A stretch of DNA of 64,000 nt, from positions 3,488,001 through 3,552,000 of the forward strand of contig OZ245033.1 in NCBI GenBank assembly GCA_965224025.1. The letters run 5' to 3'. This DNA comes from Candidatus Multivorans sp. Lineage in GTDB: Bacteria > Acidobacteriota > Thermoanaerobaculia > Multivoradales > Multivoraceae. The position numbers and the translations under genes were made by a program. This document shows positions 1-8,355 of this stretch, piece after piece (the stretch's first letter is position 1; each line of letters opens with the position of its first letter). The notes below the pieces were generated by a model, which was not told the DNA's origin, did not search any database, and saw nothing but the letters and a program-made list of their open reading frames with translations.

Positions 1-781
1 AGTCGTTCACGTTGACGGCCGGGCACAGCAGGGCTGCCTCTTCCTGCAGCTCGTAGAGACGGTGAACGCCCGTCGTCGTCTCCTCGCTGATTCCCTTGAG
101 GCCCTCGGCCATGCGGGTGAAGTAGTTCCCGTCCCAGGCGCGGACGCGGTGGATCAACTCCAGGATGACGCCCCATTCCTCGGGCTCGGTCTCGGGATCG
201 AAGTCGGGGACGGCGCCCTGCCGCTCGTACTCCACGCCCCGATGGATGAGCAGCGTGGCGTCGCCTCCGTCGTCGACGATCAGACTCGGCCCTCTCTGGT
301 TCGGCCAGTCGAGAGCGCGCAGCGTGCACCACCAGTACTCCGGCAGGGTCTCGCCCTTCCAGGCAAAGACGGACACGCCCCGCGGGTCCGCCCCGGCGCC
401 GCCCCGCTCCGGCCTGCCGACAACCACCGCCGCGGCCGCCTCGTCCTGGGTCGAGAAGATGTTGCAGGACGCCCAGCGCACCTCGGCGCCGAGGTCGACC
501 AGGGTCTCGATCAGCACCGCCGTCTGCACCGTCATGTGCAGACTGCCGGTGATCCGCGCGCCGGCGAGGGGCTGCTCCGACCGGTAGCGCCGGCGAAGCT
601 CCACCAACCCGGGCATCTCGTGCTCGGCGAGTTCGATCTGCCTTCGGCCGGCATCCGCCAGCGACAGATCGGCTACCGAGAAGTCCATGCCGGTGGAGGC
701 CGGAAACAGCTCCGACACGCTGGCTCGCTCGCTCTGTTCGACCACCGGGCCGGTTTCTTTCCGCCTGTCCACAATCGTCAT
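1..781 (-). CDS. ahcY: Adenosylhomocysteinase (SAH hydrolase), 5' part; runs off the window start
   Basis: Not in the ORF track. Minus-strand translation reads [28 protein letters not shown]...[21 protein letters not shown]...[12 protein letters not shown]...[13 protein letters not shown], all hallmark AhcY motifs. ATG at 781 has GGAGG upstream; alternative in-frame ATG at 688. Confidence 0.95.
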   Translation of the reverse strand, partial: MTIVDRRKETGPVVEQSERASVSELFPASTGMDFSVADLSLADAGRRQIELAEHEMPGLVELRRRYRSEQPLAGARITGSLHMTVQTAVLIETLVDLGAEVRWASCNIFSTQDEAAAAVVVGRPERGGAGADPRGVSVFAWKGETLPEYWWCTLRALDWPNQRGPSLIVDDGGDATLLIHRGVEYERQGAVPDFDPETEPEEWGVILELIHRVRAWDGNYFTRMAEGLKGISEETTTGVHRLYELQEEAALLCPAVNVND

Positions 782-814
782 CGTCGCACACCTCCAGGAA
801 CTCGAACGCAAGTG

Positions 815-876
815 AGTCCGTTCTCGCCGATTCCAGTCCGTTCTTCGCCGGCGCCAGGCCATTCTCGCCAAGTCCG
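815..876 (-). repeat. Short direct repeats GGCGA(A)GAA(C/T)GG(A/C)CT in the ahcY leader
   Basis: Plus strand: agtccgttctcgcc (815), agtccgttcttcgcc (835), aggccattctcgcc (856), partial agtccg (871). Confidence 0.65.
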
Positions 877-882
877 TCGTGG

Positions 883-912
883 ATCCTCAGGCCTCAGGGG
901 CGCGGCTGTCAA
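883..912 (-). promoter_or_regulatory. Putative sigma70 promoter for ahcY
   Basis: Perfect TTGACA at 912-907 on the minus strand; only a weak -10 (GAGGAT) 18 nt downstream. Confidence 0.35.
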
Positions 913-944
913 ACATCGCCCGCTGAAGCACTCAGTCCGACACG

Positions 945-1289
945 TTTCGGCGACCATCGCGCTGACGCCGACGCTCGCCTGCGGTTCGGGATGACGCTCG
1001 GAGGGCCGGTACTCGCTCCGGTAGAGATCGAGCGCGGCTTCGGCGTCCCGGGGCTGAATGAAGTGGGCGAAGCTGTAGGGACAACCGAACCATGCCGGGT
1101 GTTCCGCCAGCCAGTAGCGCCGGTAGCCGAATCGGTCGGCGGCCCGCGCCAGCCTTACCGCCTCCCCGACCGCATCCGCCGCGGTGGAGCCTGCCCGTAT
1201 CGGCATTGGTCAAGAACGCTCAGCGCCAGGGACGGTGCGGGACGTTCACCCGGAAGGTTCCGGCTCGAAGACGGATCCGTACCGGCCAC
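945..1289 (-). pseudogene. Degraded LLM-class flavin-dependent oxidoreductase (luciferase-like)
   Basis: GTG at 1289 gives ...LALSVLDQ. A 1-nt frameshift near 1206 leads into PIRAGSTAADAVGEAVRLARAADRFGYRRYWLAEH, which jumps straight to AWFGCPYSFAHFI (central part missing). Similarity ends after VSAMVAET. Confidence 0.8.
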
Positions 1290-2174
1290 TCAGTAGGCCT
1301 CGGAGCGGCGGAACCGCTCCACCACCCTGCCGTTCTCGCGCTCGGCACGCGCCAGCAACCGGGCCGCCCACTCCTTGCGCTGCTCGTCGACGATCTCCGG
1401 GTCGTAGCGGTCGACCAGGGCGCCGAACTGGCTGATGTGGGCCGCCGAGGCGCGCGCCTTCTTCTCCGCCACGTCCGTGATGTCGATCGTGTAGTTCGGG
1501 TTCGCGCTGTAGTAGAAGAACACGAGCGGGACATTCCAGGCCTCGAAGCCCTCCGCCTCGAGCTCCGGGAAGTACAAGCGCCAGCGTGCGGCCCGGATCG
1601 CGTCGACGGTGATGATCGCCCCCGAGCGGTGATCCGACTTGTGGTACTGCTCGTAGGGTGAGCCGGGATCCACGGAGAACAGGGCGTGGGGTTTGAAGCG
1701 GCGGATCTCCCGCGCCACCTGCCGCGTCAACTCGCGCCGGTCGACGTACTCGAGCATGCCGTCGTCGTGTCCGAGCCAGTGGATGTTCTCCTTCGGGACA
1801 CCGAGGATGCGGCAGGCTTCCTCCTCCTCGGAGCGACGAATCGCCTTCAGGCGGTCCTTCGTCATCTCAGGATCTCGCGATCCGGCGTTGTCCGTGGTGT
1901 AGATCACGATCTGGATCTCGTTGTCCTTCGCCGTCAGGAGAGCCAGCGTGCCGCCCGAAGTGAACGTCTCGTCGTCCGGATGCGGCGTGACGACCAGGAT
2001 GCGGCGGCCGGACCATTCCTCGATCCGGTCCGACCCTGTGTACTCCGGTTCGGGACGGGATATCTGAGCGTCCGTCGCAGCAGCCGCGGCAGCAAGAACG
2101 AGGGCCGCGCCGAGCAGCATCGCTGCTCTGGAGTGGAGCGTCCGTATCGAGGCTCCGGCGGCCGAGTCGAGCAT
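1290..2174 (-). CDS. PIG-L/LmbE family deacetylase with N-terminal signal peptide
   Basis: ILVVTPHPDDE Zn motif, R..EEEEACRILGV, HxxDH; hydrophobic Ala-rich leader. Confidence 0.9.
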   Translation of the reverse strand: MLDSAAGASIRTLHSRAAMLLGAALVLAAAAAATDAQISRPEPEYTGSDRIEEWSGRRILVVTPHPDDETFTSGGTLALLTAKDNEIQIVIYTTDNAGSRDPEMTKDRLKAIRRSEEEEACRILGVPKENIHWLGHDDGMLEYVDRRELTRQVAREIRRFKPHALFSVDPGSPYEQYHKSDHRSGAIITVDAIRAARWRLYFPELEAEGFEAWNVPLVFFYYSANPNYTIDITDVAEKKARASAAHISQFGALVDRYDPEIVDEQRKEWAARLLARAERENGRVVERFRRSEAY

Positions 2175-2182
2175 CGCGCGTC

Positions 2183-2190
2183 AGTATAGT
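2183..2190. promoter_or_regulatory. Overlapping back-to-back -10 elements (TATAGT on +, TATACT on -)
   Basis: 22-bp spacer between divergent ATGs at 2174 and 2197; the -10 boxes lie 6 and 8 nt from the start codons; no SD sequence. Confidence 0.5.
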
Positions 2191-2196
2191 GAAGCC

Positions 2197-3981
2197 ATGG
2201 TCTCGATTTCGCCGTCCCGGAATCCCGCAATTGCCATGTCGGCAGCGCTGACGTTGACGGCGGTGCAGGCGCCCGCCCAGAAACAGGCGAGCCGCGATTC
2301 GCCGGCCGCGACGGTCGTGGAGCAAGTGACAGTGAACGTCGTGAACATCGATGTTCACGTCACGGACCGCCGGCGGAGACCGATCGCCGGTCTTTCCGTA
2401 GAGGACTTCGAGGTCTACGAGGAGGGTGAGCGAGTCGAGATCACGAACTTCCTGAGCGCGGCAGATCGCGACGACTTTGAGTGGGCGGAAGGCGACGAAC
2501 TTGAAGTGCTGGACGTGGGCGACCCGCCACTCATGGTCGCGGTCTACATCGACCGCTACCGCACCAGCCAAGGCAACTTCCTTCGAATCAAGGGGGATCT
2601 GGCATCGTTCCTGAGCGGCCGCGAGGATCGGAGCGGGGGTAGCCGCTTTCTGTTCGCCACCGGTGATCCGGAGCTCAACATCCGGGTCCCGTTCACGACC
2701 GATCCGCGGGAATTGCTCGGGGCTCTGGAGGAATTGCGCTCCGAACGCCGGTCACCCACTCATGACGACGAGCTGTTCCGCCGCCAGATTCTCCGGGAGG
2801 TGCGCCGGGCCTATGAGGCGTGCGCGCAAACGACGCAGAGTCCCGATGTTCCAGGTTGTGTGCCCTGTGTCGACATGTGGCCCAGCTTTCTCGGTTCGGC
2901 GAATCACTACGCTGCCGAGGTCCAGTCGCGGGTCGCGGAGTCAACCTCCGCTCTAGGCGAGTTGATGACGGCCCTCGGCGGTCTACCGGGCCCCAAAGCT
3001 CTCATCTATGTCAGCGACGGCCTGGCCCAGCGGCCGGGAGCTGAGCTGTACCACTACCTGGGAGAGATGTGCCCCGAACGCCAGTCGGAAACGGACGCAC
3101 TGGAACGCGAATGGGACGACACGACGCGTTTCAACCGTCTCAGCGCATTCAGCAACGCGAACCGGGTGACCATCTACCCGATTGATGCGGGGGGAATCCG
3201 TGCCTCTTCTTCGGTCGACCCGAGCCTGGCCGGTCCGGTCGGCGCCGCGGACGAGGGCGGGGCCGGCGGCCAGCGCCTCTCTACCGTGCTCGTTCCCAGC
3301 AACCAGTACGATCGCCTGAGGATCGACAATCTGCAAGCGACGTTGAGCCTGCTTGCCGACGAGACCGGAGGCCGTGCCGTCTTCAATCAGGCCCACCCTG
3401 CGGAAGCTCTGGAGGAGATCGCTACGGACTTCGGCTCCTACTACTCCCTGGGCTACAGCGCGCCCCTCAACCGCCGCCATCGCATCCGGCAGATCGATGT
3501 CCGCCTCGCAATGCCCAAGAAGGGATTGCGGGTGCGCTACAGGCGTTCGTACATCATGAAGTCCGAGGAGCAGCGGCTGGCTGACCGGCTGTACGCCGCC
3601 CTCAAGCTGAACGAACAGAACAACCCCCTGTCCGTTGACGTGACGTTCGGTGAGATGGAGGCGGCGGTCGGTTCAAGGCAGGTCACCCTGCCGGTGGAGG
3701 TCCACGTGCCGCTCGCCGAGGTCACTCTCCTGCCCGGTCCCGCCGGTTCGGCAGGCGCCATGAGGATCTTCCTGATGGCGGAGAACGAAGACGGAAAACG
3801 CACGCCGATGCGCCAGAAGACGCTGACAGTCACCGAGGCTCAGACCTCGCCCGAACAGGAGAAAGCCGTGGTCGTAGTCAACGTCGATCTGCCACCGGGC
3901 GATTTCGCGGTCGCGGTCGGCGTCCGGGACGAGGCGTCCGGCCGCGGCAGCTACCTGGTCAGGAAGATTGCATTCCCCTGA
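2197..3981 (+). CDS. VWA-domain protein (acidobacterial VWFA-related family), secreted
   Basis: VNVVNIDVHVTDRRRRPIAGLSVEDFEVYEEG, KALIYVSDG, LADETGGRAVFN, YYSLGY; signal peptide. Confidence 0.85.
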   Translation: MVSISPSRNPAIAMSAALTLTAVQAPAQKQASRDSPAATVVEQVTVNVVNIDVHVTDRRRRPIAGLSVEDFEVYEEGERVEITNFLSAADRDDFEWAEGDELEVLDVGDPPLMVAVYIDRYRTSQGNFLRIKGDLASFLSGREDRSGGSRFLFATGDPELNIRVPFTTDPRELLGALEELRSERRSPTHDDELFRRQILREVRRAYEACAQTTQSPDVPGCVPCVDMWPSFLGSANHYAAEVQSRVAESTSALGELMTALGGLPGPKALIYVSDGLAQRPGAELYHYLGEMCPERQSETDALEREWDDTTRFNRLSAFSNANRVTIYPIDAGGIRASSSVDPSLAGPVGAADEGGAGGQRLSTVLVPSNQYDRLRIDNLQATLSLLADETGGRAVFNQAHPAEALEEIATDFGSYYSLGYSAPLNRRHRIRQIDVRLAMPKKGLRVRYRRSYIMKSEEQRLADRLYAALKLNEQNNPLSVDVTFGEMEAAVGSRQVTLPVEVHVPLAEVTLLPGPAGSAGAMRIFLMAENEDGKRTPMRQKTLTVTEAQTSPEQEKAVVVVNVDLPPGDFAVAVGVRDEASGRGSYLVRKIAFP

Positions 3982-4014
3982 GATCCCCGGCTCCTGCCGG
4001 CGGCTTCAGCCGCC

Positions 4015-5067
4015 CTACCGAGCCCTGAACGCCTCGACATCCTCGGCGCTCGTCAGCACGTCCAGACCGGTGTAGATCGGGTCCTCGACCGTGCCGCCGC
4101 CCACGAGCTCCAAAAGAACCTCCATCGACCGGTAGCCCATCGCGTACGGGCGCTGCCCCACCTGACCGTGACTCAGGCCCTCGGCCAGCAGCTCCAACTG
4201 CATCGGCAGGACATCGGCGCCGATGATCACGAGGTCCTTTGAGTCGATCCGCTCCCGGTACGGTTCCACCGCCTGCCGGTAGGCCTGGTCGACGAACTGC
4301 GGGAAGCCGCCGGTGATCGAGAACACGTCGAGGTCCGGCTCGGAAGCCAGCACGTCGGCCATCTGCTGCACCGCCAGAGGAAAGTCGTCGTTGGTGTACA
4401 GCGGGCAGGCGTCGACCTCGGTCCAGCCGTTCTCGCCGTCGAGGCGGTTCCCCGGCGGCCCGCCCGACTCGACGCCCGCCAGGGTGTCCCGCAGTCCCTG
4501 CATCCGCTCGTTGTGATTCATCGCCGCGGCGCCGCCCGACTGGATGCAGATGGCGCCCCCGTCCGGTTTCAATCCTCGCAGCAGTTTCGCCTGCTCCACC
4601 CCCATCGCGCGGTTCTGTGTACCCACGTACGTCGTGCGCAACCCGGCGTCTTCGGCGAGCAGGTCGGAATCCCAGGTGATCACGGGAATGCCGGCCTCGT
4701 GGGCCCGGGCGAGCGCCCGCGCCATTGCGGTCGCGTTCGACGGCGACACCGCCAGGCCGTCCACGCGTCGGGTGATCAGGTCCTCGACCACCTGGATCTG
4801 GTCTGCCTCCGTGTGTTCGCTCGGGCCGATATAGAGGCACTCGACGTCTGCCAGATCCGCAGCCGCCTGCATGCAGCCGTCGCGAGCGAAGTCGAAGAAC
4901 GGGTTGTTCATGGCCTTCGGCACCAGGGCGAAGGTGTAGCCCGTTTCCTCCTGAGCGCAACCTGCAGCCCCGAGCGACAGGGCCAAGACGACCGCGGCCG
5001 TGCACCACGCTGGCCGCGGACGTTCGCCGTCTCCGGTCCCCTTGCCCGAACGCATCTGCAACCCCAT
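4015..5067 (-). CDS. Sugar ABC transporter substrate-binding lipoprotein (RbsB-like)
   Basis: LGAAGC lipobox, VPKAMNNPFF, GIPVITWDSD, YVGTQN, QVGQRPYAMGY. ATG 5067 has GGAG upstream; start uncertain. Confidence 0.9.
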   Translation of the reverse strand: MGLQMRSGKGTGDGERPRPAWCTAAVVLALSLGAAGCAQEETGYTFALVPKAMNNPFFDFARDGCMQAAADLADVECLYIGPSEHTEADQIQVVEDLITRRVDGLAVSPSNATAMARALARAHEAGIPVITWDSDLLAEDAGLRTTYVGTQNRAMGVEQAKLLRGLKPDGGAICIQSGGAAAMNHNERMQGLRDTLAGVESGGPPGNRLDGENGWTEVDACPLYTNDDFPLAVQQMADVLASEPDLDVFSITGGFPQFVDQAYRQAVEPYRERIDSKDLVIIGADVLPMQLELLAEGLSHGQVGQRPYAMGYRSMEVLLELVGGGTVEDPIYTGLDVLTSAEDVEAFRAR

Positions 5068-5110
5068 GATGACTCCCGATTCCGATTTGGCGGCGAGCGT
5101 CAACCCGTTC

Positions 5111-6064
5111 TCAACCGCCGGTCTGACCCGCGCGCCGGACCCGCTCCACGAGCATAGCGACGATGATCGATCCCCCCACGAACGCCCCCTGCCAGTACGG
5201 GTCCACGCCGAGCAGGAGCAGGCTGTTCCGGATCAACTCGATCAGAGCCGCGCCCGCGACCGCGCCGAACGCGCCGCCCTCCCCGCCCATCAGGTTGGCG
5301 CCGCCGATCACCGCCGAGGCGATGACGCGCAGCTCGTAGCCCTGCCCCAGCGCGTTCGTGACCGCCCCCAGCCAGCCGATCATCAGGATCGCCGATGCAC
5401 CCGCGAGCAGAGAACTCAGGACGTAGACCGTGAGTTTGACCCGCGCCACCGGCACCCCCGCCAGACGGGTCGAATCCTCGTTGCCGCCGACCGCCAGCAC
5501 GTGGCGCGCCAGGCGGCTGTATCGAAACCATGCCGCCGAGCCCAGAGCGGCGAGGAGAAGCAGCCAGACCGGGTTCGCGAGCCCGAGGAAGCGGCCGCCG
5601 CCCAGAGCGAGCAGCAGATCCTCGTCGGGCCCGAAGTCGTGGACCATCTTGTTGTTCGAGATGACCAGGGCCAGCGAGCGGGCGATGCTGAGCATGCCCA
5701 GGGTGACCACGAAGGGTGAGAGTCGCAGATAGCCGACCAGCACGCCGTTCACCAACCCGCACGCGAGCGCGCACGCAAGCCCCGCGGCGGCGGCGAGGAA
5801 CAGCGATTGCCCCGATCCCAGAACCAGTCCCGTCACGATTCCCGCGAGGCCCATGACCGAGCCGACCGAAAGATCGATTCCGCCGGTCGCGATCACCGCG
5901 GTCTGGCCCAGGGCGATCAGCCCGATGAAGGCGAAGTTGCGGCTGACGTTGAAGATGTTGTCCGCGCTTGCGAACGGCTCGGAGACGAAGCTCATCACCC
6001 CGGCCAGGGCGGCGACGGTCAGCATCACCCATAGCGACCGGGGCGTCCGGCGTAGGCTCTTCAC
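5111..6064 (-). CDS. Sugar ABC transporter permease (RbsC-like)
   Basis: VIATGGIDLSVGS, PFVVTLGM, AVGGNE, YELRVIASAVIGG. GTG at 6064 overlaps the ATPase stop. Confidence 0.92.
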   Translation of the reverse strand: MKSLRRTPRSLWVMLTVAALAGVMSFVSEPFASADNIFNVSRNFAFIGLIALGQTAVIATGGIDLSVGSVMGLAGIVTGLVLGSGQSLFLAAAAGLACALACGLVNGVLVGYLRLSPFVVTLGMLSIARSLALVISNNKMVHDFGPDEDLLLALGGGRFLGLANPVWLLLLAALGSAAWFRYSRLARHVLAVGGNEDSTRLAGVPVARVKLTVYVLSSLLAGASAILMIGWLGAVTNALGQGYELRVIASAVIGGANLMGGEGGAFGAVAGAALIELIRNSLLLLGVDPYWQGAFVGGSIIVAMLVERVRRAGQTGG

Positions 6065-6795
6065 GCGGCTTCGATGGCGCCGGTGATCAGCGCCGTGACC
6101 TCTTCGGGCGACGAGTCGGAGGTCGCCTTGTCGGCCACCTTGCGTCCCCGCCTGAGCACGACGACGCGGTCCGCCACCGCGAACACGTCCGACATCCGGT
6201 GGGAGATCAGCAGCACGGCGACGCCCTGGACGCTCAGGCTGCGGATCAACTCCAGCACCTCGGCGATCTGGCGTACGCTGATGGCCGCGGTTGGTTCGTC
6301 GAGCAGCATGAGCCGAGGCGCGCTCAGACGGGCCCGGGCAAGTGCTACGGCCTGCCGCTGCCCGCCCGACATCCTTCGCACGAGATCGTCCGGTCGCGTG
6401 TCCGAACCGAGTTCCTCGAACAGCTCCGCCGACTTGCGACGCATCCCGGCGTGGTCGAGCACCGGCAGGATCCCGAACAGCCTGCGGCTCCGCTCGCGGC
6501 CCAGAAACACGTTCGCTGCCGCCGAGAGGTTGTCGCACAGGGCCAGGTCCTGGTACACGGCCTCGATCCCGTGCTCTCGAGCCGAAAGCGGCGAGAGTTC
6601 GACCGCCCGCCCATCCCAGAGAATCTCGCCCGACGTGGGCGCGAAGTTCCCGGCGACGATCTTGAGCAGGGTCGACTTCCCCGCCCCGTTGTCGCCCATC
6701 AGGCCGACGACCTCGCCGGGGGTGAGCTCCAGGTCGACGGCCTGAAGCGCCTCGACCGCGCCGAACAGCATGTCGACCGATCGGAGTTGGAGCAT
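6061..6795 (-). CDS. Sugar ABC transporter ATP-binding protein (single domain)
   Basis: Walker A GDNGAGKST, VYQDLALCDNL, MSGGQRQ, LLDEPTAA; real start MLQLRSV at 6795. Confidence 0.93.
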   Translation of the reverse strand: MLQLRSVDMLFGAVEALQAVDLELTPGEVVGLMGDNGAGKSTLLKIVAGNFAPTSGEILWDGRAVELSPLSAREHGIEAVYQDLALCDNLSAAANVFLGRERSRRLFGILPVLDHAGMRRKSAELFEELGSDTRPDDLVRRMSGGQRQAVALARARLSAPRLMLLDEPTAAISVRQIAEVLELIRSLSVQGVAVLLISHRMSDVFAVADRVVVLRRGRKVADKATSDSSPEEVTALITGAIEAA

Positions 6796-6809
6796 CGAGC
6801 GCAACCGCG

Positions 6810-8219
6810 TCAGCCGGCCAGGCGCCCGAAGTAGCCCGGCCCCTGGGTCCAGACGTACCAGGCCATGAACCCGGTGAGGAAGACGGTCACCGCGACCATC
6901 GCGCCCCACCACAACCAGCCCCGGACCCCGTCCGCACGGTCGTCTCCCAGGTAGCCCCGCTTTCGCTGCAGGATGACGAAACCGATGTAGGCGGCGGGCA
7001 GGAACAGGCCGCAGATGATGTTCGTCGGCACCGCCAGCCACACCGCGATGTCGCCCCAAAACACCGGTCCGAGCACGCCCGGGGCCGGCAGCAGCATCGC
7101 CAGCCGATGCTTGCGTCCTCCGAAACGCCAACCGAAGAGTTCGCAGGCGACGAAGCCGGTCGCCAGCATGTGCAGGGTGATCGTCGAGAGCGCCATGCCG
7201 AGTACGCCGAGGTCGAAGACGACCCGACCGACCGCCGGGCCGGCAACCGCCGCCAGCGACTTGGCCGCCTCCACCGGCCCCAACCGCACGCCCTCGTAGG
7301 CGGGATCGAGATGGATCGTGTTGGCCGCCGCGATCACCATCAGACTCGCCGCGAGCACATAGGGGATGAAGGTGCCGGTCCAGAGATCGAACCGCGCCAG
7401 CGAGCGGTGTTCCCGCGACCAGCCGCGGGCCAGCAGCGAGTACGGATACAGAAACACCATGTTGATCCCGACGGCCGCGGAAAGCCCGCTCAGGATCACC
7501 GTGACCCCGAGTACGCCGTTGCGCTCGCCGGGCACCGCGAAGCCCACGAAACCGCGGAAGAGTCCTCCCCAGTCCGACACCCCGGTGCGTATCACGACCC
7601 AAGCGAAACAAAAGACGATCCCCCACACCATGTACCGCAGCAGGCGCTCGTAGACGCGGATGAGTTCCGGCCGGCGCCCGTAGAGCGACGAGACGAGGAT
7701 TGCCCAGAAGAGCACCACAAAGCCGAGCAGTGACGCCGGCAGGCCCTCCACGCCGGCCGCTTCGCCGAGGTCGACCAGCACGGCGGACGCCAGCGCGTAC
7801 TGCGGGAAGTGCCAGACGATCGAGGCGATCAACGCCCCCAGCGCCCAGCTCCAGGCCAGCGGCGCCCCGGCAAACCGGCGCATCGCGTCGAACGGCCGCA
7901 CACCCGTGGACAGGGTCTGGTGAGCCACCGCGGACAGCATGACCAGGCCCAGGATCATGGCCAGGGGCGCCACCCACAGGAGCTGGTAGCCGAACACCGC
8001 GCCCGCGAACAGGGCGGACGCCGCGGTGCCGCTGCCGAGCGTCATCGCGCTCTGCATGTAGCCGGGTCCGATCAGGCCCGCAAAGGCGCGCCAGCGGGTC
8101 GTTCGGGGCGCCGTCTCGAGATCCGACAGGTGCTGGCGCTCCGCCGCAAGGGCCGCCGGGTCAGGGGGATGGGCCATCCGCAGACCGACCTGCAGGTCGG
8201 CCCGCTCGGCGGCGGACAA
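6810..8219 (-). CDS. NRAMP-superfamily (APC-fold) membrane transporter
   Basis: IGPGYMQSAMTLGSG...GAVFGYQLLW, about 11 hydrophobic segments; lacks the canonical DPGN motif. Confidence 0.75.
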   Translation of the reverse strand: MSAAERADLQVGLRMAHPPDPAALAAERQHLSDLETAPRTTRWRAFAGLIGPGYMQSAMTLGSGTAASALFAGAVFGYQLLWVAPLAMILGLVMLSAVAHQTLSTGVRPFDAMRRFAGAPLAWSWALGALIASIVWHFPQYALASAVLVDLGEAAGVEGLPASLLGFVVLFWAILVSSLYGRRPELIRVYERLLRYMVWGIVFCFAWVVIRTGVSDWGGLFRGFVGFAVPGERNGVLGVTVILSGLSAAVGINMVFLYPYSLLARGWSREHRSLARFDLWTGTFIPYVLAASLMVIAAANTIHLDPAYEGVRLGPVEAAKSLAAVAGPAVGRVVFDLGVLGMALSTITLHMLATGFVACELFGWRFGGRKHRLAMLLPAPGVLGPVFWGDIAVWLAVPTNIICGLFLPAAYIGFVILQRKRGYLGDDRADGVRGWLWWGAMVAVTVFLTGFMAWYVWTQGPGYFGRLAG

Positions 8220-8355
8220 GCGAGATGCCCCGTCTTCCGGTCTCAGTCTCGATCCCCTTGCGTTCGTGGTGGAAGTCCGCGTCGCGCCGTGAGCGGTCAG
8301 GCGCCGCCCGGCAAGGCGCGAGGCGAGAGCATAGCCGCTTCGATCGACCCACCGA

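Noticed and set aside
782-945. SAH riboswitch upstream of ahcY
   Set aside because: The conserved GAGGAGCG...CAGGCUC...CGCUC core is not visible; an Infernal search would be needed to exclude it fully.
62-994. 310-aa plus-strand ORF
   Set aside because: Antisense to the unmistakable ahcY frame.
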